Made by a program: the position numbers and the translations under genes. Below the pieces are notes generated by a model, which did no database searches, was not told the DNA's origin, and was given only the letters and a program-made list of their open reading frames with translations. From assembly GCA_965116925.1 (NCBI GenBank), contig OZ220744.1, positions 5,504,001 to 5,568,000 of the forward strand: a stretch of DNA of 64,000 bases. The letters are read 5' to 3'. Of the stretch, positions 59,455 to 64,000 are shown in pieces (within the stretch, counting starts at the first letter, position 1; every line of letters starts with the position of its first letter). The DNA comes from Candidatus Poribacteria bacterium (GTDB lineage Bacteria > Poribacteria > WGA-4E > PCPOR2b).

Positions 59455-59653
59455 GTTCAACTTTTCGCATACTTGAACCGATAGTGCTACTGGACCTGTC
59501 AACTTTAGAACTTAGTATCTCAGCGCGGGAAAACCAGATGCCCCGCCTACAGTTGGCTGCGTCAATCCGAGAACTGATGGATGGGACAGCGAGTCCCCCG
59601 CGTCAATCCAACTCAATTGAATTCTCCCTCCATTAAATTGAACTTAATACACA

Positions 59654-60277
59654 CTACTCTGGTTCGCCGATTTCGTGGAGTGCACTGTTATAGGCATCTA
59701 TTGTATGTGGATGAATGAGGACACCTTTGGCGAGAAGGTGTTCAATTTTGTAACGACTGACTTCAAAAACGGCTTTGTTCAAATCTTGATAGGCAAGCTC
59801 ACGCACAGCATGTGCCTCCGCGTGGTTGCGCTTCGGTTCAGCAAAGTCCGTGACATACAGGATCTTGTCGATAAGCGTCATCTCGCCAGATCCGGTTGTG
59901 TGGATTCGGATGGCGTTGAGGATTTCAGGGTTATCAATGTCGAAGTGGGTAACAGCGAGCATCGCTCCAACGGGCGCGTGCACAAGCGACGGGTTGTGGC
60001 ACTCGATTTCATCAAGTTGAATCTCGTGGTTTGCCGCCGCTTCATACTGTTCTGAAGTCCGCATCCACTTCGCACAATCGTGTAGAAGGACAGCGAGGTT
60101 CACCTTCCGCAAATCCGCGCCATATTTCTTCGCCAAGTCAAGTGCTAACTCTCGAACAGATAGGACGTGCGTATATCGTGCTGGCGTTAATTTGGATTTG
60201 AGATATTTTTCAATCTCAGCGGCTTTTGGTTCTGCAAGCAGCACTGTTTTTTCAATGTCGTCGTTATTCTTCTTCAT
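59654..60277 (-). CDS. yqeK: YqeK HD-domain Ap4A hydrolase
   Basis: RYTHVL.V, LLHDCAK, HAPVGA, AIRIHTTG, D..EP.R; nadD-yqeK-rsfS synteny. Confidence 0.9.
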   Translation of the reverse strand: MKKNNDDIEKTVLLAEPKAAEIEKYLKSKLTPARYTHVLSVRELALDLAKKYGADLRKVNLAVLLHDCAKWMRTSEQYEAAANHEIQLDEIECHNPSLVHAPVGAMLAVTHFDIDNPEILNAIRIHTTGSGEMTLIDKILYVTDFAEPKRNHAEAHAVRELAYQDLNKAVFEVSRYKIEHLLAKGVLIHPHTIDAYNSALHEIGEPE

Positions 60278-60518
60278 TTGTAATTTCGTCCACTTCTCCC
60301 ACATCAAGCAAAAACTGTGCGAGTGCTTCTTTTTCTTCATCTGCCATCAGGTCAGCATTCGGCAGTGGCGCACTGATCTTGTACTCTTCGCCAAACCATT
60401 TACCCAGATCTATTGACTTGCAGCGCGCGCTACAGAAGGGAAAGTTTGGCGGTAATTTCCCACCCGGTTTGTAATCAAATTCGCTAACTGTTCCGCAGAC
60501 ACTACATTTGTGTTTCAC
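60264..60518 (-). CDS. yacG: DNA gyrase inhibitor YacG
   Basis: CSVC...PFCSARCKSIDLGKWFGEEYKI. Confidence 0.9.
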   Translation of the reverse strand: MKHKCSVCGTVSEFDYKPGGKLPPNFPFCSARCKSIDLGKWFGEEYKISAPLPNADLMADEEKEALAQFLLDVGEVDEITNEEE

Positions 60519-60594
60519 TATCCGCTCACCCCTTTAAAAAACCTAATTTTTTACACGATAGTTTTTATAAGAACAATAAATAAGGTTCTCCGAT

Positions 60595-61176
60595 TTACCT
60601 ATATAGCTGATGACGTTCAATATACTTCCAGACAGGTTCTGGAACGAGGTATCGAATGGACTGTCCGGATCGGATGCGTTTACGAATCTGAGTTGCGGAG
60701 ATATCAACCCCCGTTATCGAAAAATATTGGACGCGGTCTCGAAGATCTGAGGGAACTTTGTCCAAGCAGTAGTTAGGACGTGTAGTGGCGATGAAGCGAC
60801 AGATGTTGAGAATCTCATCATAATCCTTCCAGATCTTAAAGTCAATGAGTGAATCGGCACCGATAATAAACGCGAGATCACATCCTTCTCCGTAAAAGGC
60901 TTGTAACTCTTTGATGGTCTGAATAGCAAAAGATGGACCGACACGATCCAACTCAATCCGCGACACCTCAAAATCAGAGTTATCCTTGGTTGCGAGAAGG
61001 GTCATTTGATAGCGGTGTTCTGGATCGATGATGTCCCGCGAATCTTTATGGGGGGGACGGGCAGATGGGATAAAGAGGATCTTATCATAGCCCAAGCCAT
61101 CACACACCTCCTCCGCACTCAACAGATGGGCATAGTGGATAGGGTTGAATGTACCCCCCATAATGGCGATTTTCAT
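60595..61176 (-). CDS. nadD: Nicotinate-nucleotide adenylyltransferase
   Basis: GGTFNPIHYAH, PPHK, FIIGAD, ISATQIR, YI..H.LY. Confidence 0.95.
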   Translation of the reverse strand: MKIAIMGGTFNPIHYAHLLSAEEVCDGLGYDKILFIPSARPPHKDSRDIIDPEHRYQMTLLATKDNSDFEVSRIELDRVGPSFAIQTIKELQAFYGEGCDLAFIIGADSLIDFKIWKDYDEILNICRFIATTRPNYCLDKVPSDLRDRVQYFSITGVDISATQIRKRIRSGQSIRYLVPEPVWKYIERHQLYR

Positions 61177-61260
61177 CTTTGCCCTCTACTTTCATCAACG
61201 CCAGTGAGTCAGATATAGTTACCCGTTGAGTCCTGATGTGCTCTGAACATAAAATACATT

Positions 61261-62733
61261 TCAATAGGCTTTTTTGAATCTGTTTACTGGCTTTAGTAGG
61301 TATTTCTTTTCGCTTTCCGAGAACAAGCCGGTGCTCCAGAGAATCAGAGGATAGCCCAAAAAGAACAGGAGCTTCAGTGCTACATCCGTTCCGATAGCCC
61401 CATTATTGGCAACCAACAAAGATAGTCCATAAAGTCCAAATCCGATTCCTGTGATATGTAAAAGTCTTCCAACCTCGAAGTGGAGATCATAGAATTTTGC
61501 TGAATAGTATGCTTTCAGAGCATTCCATACAATGTAAGATAGCATAGTGGCGAATGCAGCCCCTAACATGCCCCATTGGGGGACAAAAAGAAAGTTTAAC
61601 CCAATATTCACCAATGCTGCCACTAAAACGATTCCCGAAATATGGAACGATTTTTTCATCAGTCCCATACCCCAACCGACGAAATTACCAAGCCCATGTT
61701 GAACGTAGGAGTAGGTGATGATTGGGACGATGACCCAAGCTGCCCAGAACACCTCTTTCCGGGCAAAAAGCATCAAAATCTCTCGACTGAAAAGTGAAAT
61801 CAGAAGACACGCAGCGCACCCCACCAGATAGAAATAGGTGGCACCCACTCTTAGAAAATCCCTGATGGCTTCGGGATCTTCTTCCTGCTTGAGAACAACG
61901 GGTTGAAGTGCCTGTTTCAACGGAGTTACCAAAGCGGTCTGAAGGATTCCAGCAATTTGATATCCGAAGGAATAGAGACCCACCATGCTAACGGAATTGA
62001 AGATTCTTAAAACATACCGATCGCCAGATTGGATGAGAAGATTTGAATATTCCGACAACAACAGCGGATAAGCGTATTTCAGCGGTGGAATAAGGATCGA
62101 ACGAGACAGCTTAAAGGTCGATCTTTTGATAAAAACGGGGAGTACCATGATCACCGTGACTATCAGACTGAGCAAGTTTCCGACGATAAGTGCGAGCACT
62201 CCCTTTTTCAAAACAATAAGCAGATACAGTGTCAAACCCGCAGAGAGCAACAGGCTTGATATAGATGTAAATACGAAGTACTTTGCCCTCTCTAACATGC
62301 GAAGCAAGCACAGAAACAGGGACGAAAGCGGTTGTAAAAACAGTATCAGCGCATATATTTTGAGGAGGTGAGCGAGATTCCTATCTTGTAGGAGTACCCC
62401 AGCGAGGTATTCACTGATTCTCCAAAATATAACTGCACAACAGGTAATTATCAGCAACGCCCATAAAAATAGGTTGAACAGTAAGATACCACTTTTTTCC
62501 TCATATTCTGGTGCATAGTAAAACCGAGTAAAGGCACTATTGATCGGTGCTGACACGAACCGAGTCAACAGGCTAACCGTAATAGATATCAACCCAATAA
62601 TACCAAAATCGTGGGGAGACAAGAACGAGGTGTAGATTGGGAACAGTAAAACGAATAACGCACCTTGAGATATGCTGCCGATGCTATAGATACTTCCCAG
62701 TTGTATCGTTCTTTTTATATGATCTATTATCAT
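61261..62733 (-). CDS. Wzx-like oligosaccharide flippase
   Basis: Many TM helices; LSP.DFG, DRY.L, VGLYS, LN..VP.WG..GAA.AT. Confidence 0.88.
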   Translation of the reverse strand: MIIDHIKRTIQLGSIYSIGSISQGALFVLLFPIYTSFLSPHDFGIIGLISITVSLLTRFVSAPINSAFTRFYYAPEYEEKSGILLFNLFLWALLIITCCAVIFWRISEYLAGVLLQDRNLAHLLKIYALILFLQPLSSLFLCLLRMLERAKYFVFTSISSLLLSAGLTLYLLIVLKKGVLALIVGNLLSLIVTVIMVLPVFIKRSTFKLSRSILIPPLKYAYPLLLSEYSNLLIQSGDRYVLRIFNSVSMVGLYSFGYQIAGILQTALVTPLKQALQPVVLKQEEDPEAIRDFLRVGATYFYLVGCAACLLISLFSREILMLFARKEVFWAAWVIVPIITYSYVQHGLGNFVGWGMGLMKKSFHISGIVLVAALVNIGLNFLFVPQWGMLGAAFATMLSYIVWNALKAYYSAKFYDLHFEVGRLLHITGIGFGLYGLSLLVANNGAIGTDVALKLLFFLGYPLILWSTGLFSESEKKYLLKPVNRFKKAY

Positions 62734-64000
62734 ACATTGTAGACCGCATAACCCTCATTGTCATACAACGGTTCCAGTGATTTTAAGGGGTATTCAATTC
62801 CTCGTTTCGCCGCTAATTCTACCTCTCGTTTCTGAACCACCAGTGTATTGACCCCATACCGGGCACGAAAATGGTCAAAGTCTGGCTTCATCAGATAGAG
62901 ATATACATGATCTTCACCCATATACCTCATCCCTCGTCCCGGTTCAGACATTGAAGGGTAATAAAAGCGAGAATCGGTTTCCTCGATGCTTCCAGCCAAA
63001 GCATAACTGAGTTTCGTCGGGATGGTAATTATATTCTGTCCGTTTCTCTTATTCAAGAATTTGATAACGTCATCAAGATCCGTTTCTCTGGGGGGCCAAA
63101 GATTGTTTTTAATTCTAACCGAACTTAGATACAGGAAATTCACCAAAACGAACCCGATGTGAATCAGGAGGATTACATAGATTATTTCGTATGAGTGCTT
63201 GACTGTAATGCAATATCTGACAAAAATTAGATGAATAAAGGCTAGCGAATACTCAAGATATCTTTCTGCCTCGCCTAGGAATAGGGCAAACTTGATAGAT
63301 GTAATAACAAATGCGATGAAACTGGCGATAGTGAGTCCAGTTATATACCAAATGACGTTGTCAGAAGAGAGTGCCGTGAAAGTATCCGGTGAAGAAAGCC
63401 ACCAGTATAAGAGAAGTGGGATAACTGGTATCGAATAGAGGATGATGATCGGTGTCGCTTTGGTAAAAACTATCCTGCCAAACTCTCTTGGTCGGGAGAA
63501 CAGGTAGACCGGTAGTGCGACAAGATCCTTGAAACTATTCCTTTCTGCTATCGGCGTTGTACCTTCCTTTATAGCGGTGAAATACCACTTATAATGTGCC
63601 CATTTACGCGCAAGTAACTGCCTGACGCCGAGCTGCGGAACAAGTAGACAGAGTCCAAAGGTTCCTAGCAGCGGTAGTAACGGAACGAAGTCTCGGTAAA
63701 AACAGGACAGTACAATGGAATTCATTACTAACACCTGCATCCCAAACTGAGAAGAAAGCACCGTCAGCGTTCCTAAGAGAAGACAAGGCAGGTAGAAGTA
63801 GGGAAGTCCAAATAGATAACCGATACCGAAACAGGTAAAATAGAGCAGAATTAAGAGATTTCCTAGGGTTCTTCCTCCTATCGCTTGCAATCGAGCGGTT
63901 ATTGGATGCAGCTTTGGGCTCGTTGCGTAGAGAAGCGTCACCGCACCTGCAGCGGAAATAAATTGTCCAGCAGACAGCTGCCAAACACGCTCAAACAGAA
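62730..64000 (-). CDS. Polytopic membrane protein (possible GT-C / polysaccharide locus), 5' truncated
   Basis: Frame open to window end; multiple TM helices, GEAERYLEY; overlaps the flippase start. Confidence 0.65.
   Translation of the reverse strand, partial: LFERVWQLSAGQFISAAGAVTLLYATSPKLHPITARLQAIGGRTLGNLLILLYFTCFGIGYLFGLPYFYLPCLLLGTLTVLSSQFGMQVLVMNSIVLSCFYRDFVPLLPLLGTFGLCLLVPQLGVRQLLARKWAHYKWYFTAIKEGTTPIAERNSFKDLVALPVYLFSRPREFGRIVFTKATPIIILYSIPVIPLLLYWWLSSPDTFTALSSDNVIWYITGLTIASFIAFVITSIKFALFLGEAERYLEYSLAFIHLIFVRYCITVKHSYEIIYVILLIHIGFVLVNFLYLSSVRIKNNLWPPRETDLDDVIKFLNKRNGQNIITIPTKLSYALAGSIEETDSRFYYPSMSEPGRGMRYMGEDHVYLYLMKPDFDHFRARYGVNTLVVQKREVELAAKRGIEYPLKSLEPLYDNEGYAVYNV

Noticed and set aside
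1..64000. tRNA (including selC), rRNA or prophage genes
   Set aside because: None recognised by eye; a covariance-model scan is needed to exclude small RNAs

Overview
A ~50% GC bacterial chromosome segment. Its many Gfo/Idh/MocA oxidoreductases, enolase-superfamily enzymes, TPR/BNR proteins and GTAG-type intergenic repeats resemble Candidatus Poribacteria (my inference, not tested). Housekeeping genes: dxs 3' end, tlyA, trpC, glcD/glcE, iscS-apbC, an E1a/E1b/E2 2-oxoacid/acetoin dehydrogenase operon, nadD-yacG-yqeK-(HTTM)-rsfS-argS and a Wzx flippase. Accessory elements: a complete ISAs1 with 10-bp target duplication, a frameshift-type IS630, HigBA, an orphan BrnA-like antitoxin, an RtcB with a 510-aa LAGLIDADG intein at its catalytic Cys, and a defence cluster (SBD-HNH nuclease plus type II R-M). 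The best hidden signal is at 21920-22360 (-). Two short ORFs there are one reading frame joined by an in-frame TGA, giving a W-U-G-S-C thioredoxin motif followed directly by a SECIS-like hairpin. This predicts an exported selenocysteine thioredoxin encoded just upstream of a full DsbD and downstream of a Nudix gene and a PorX-like gene whose receiver lacks the phospho-acceptor Asp. All family calls are by eye; no searches were run.
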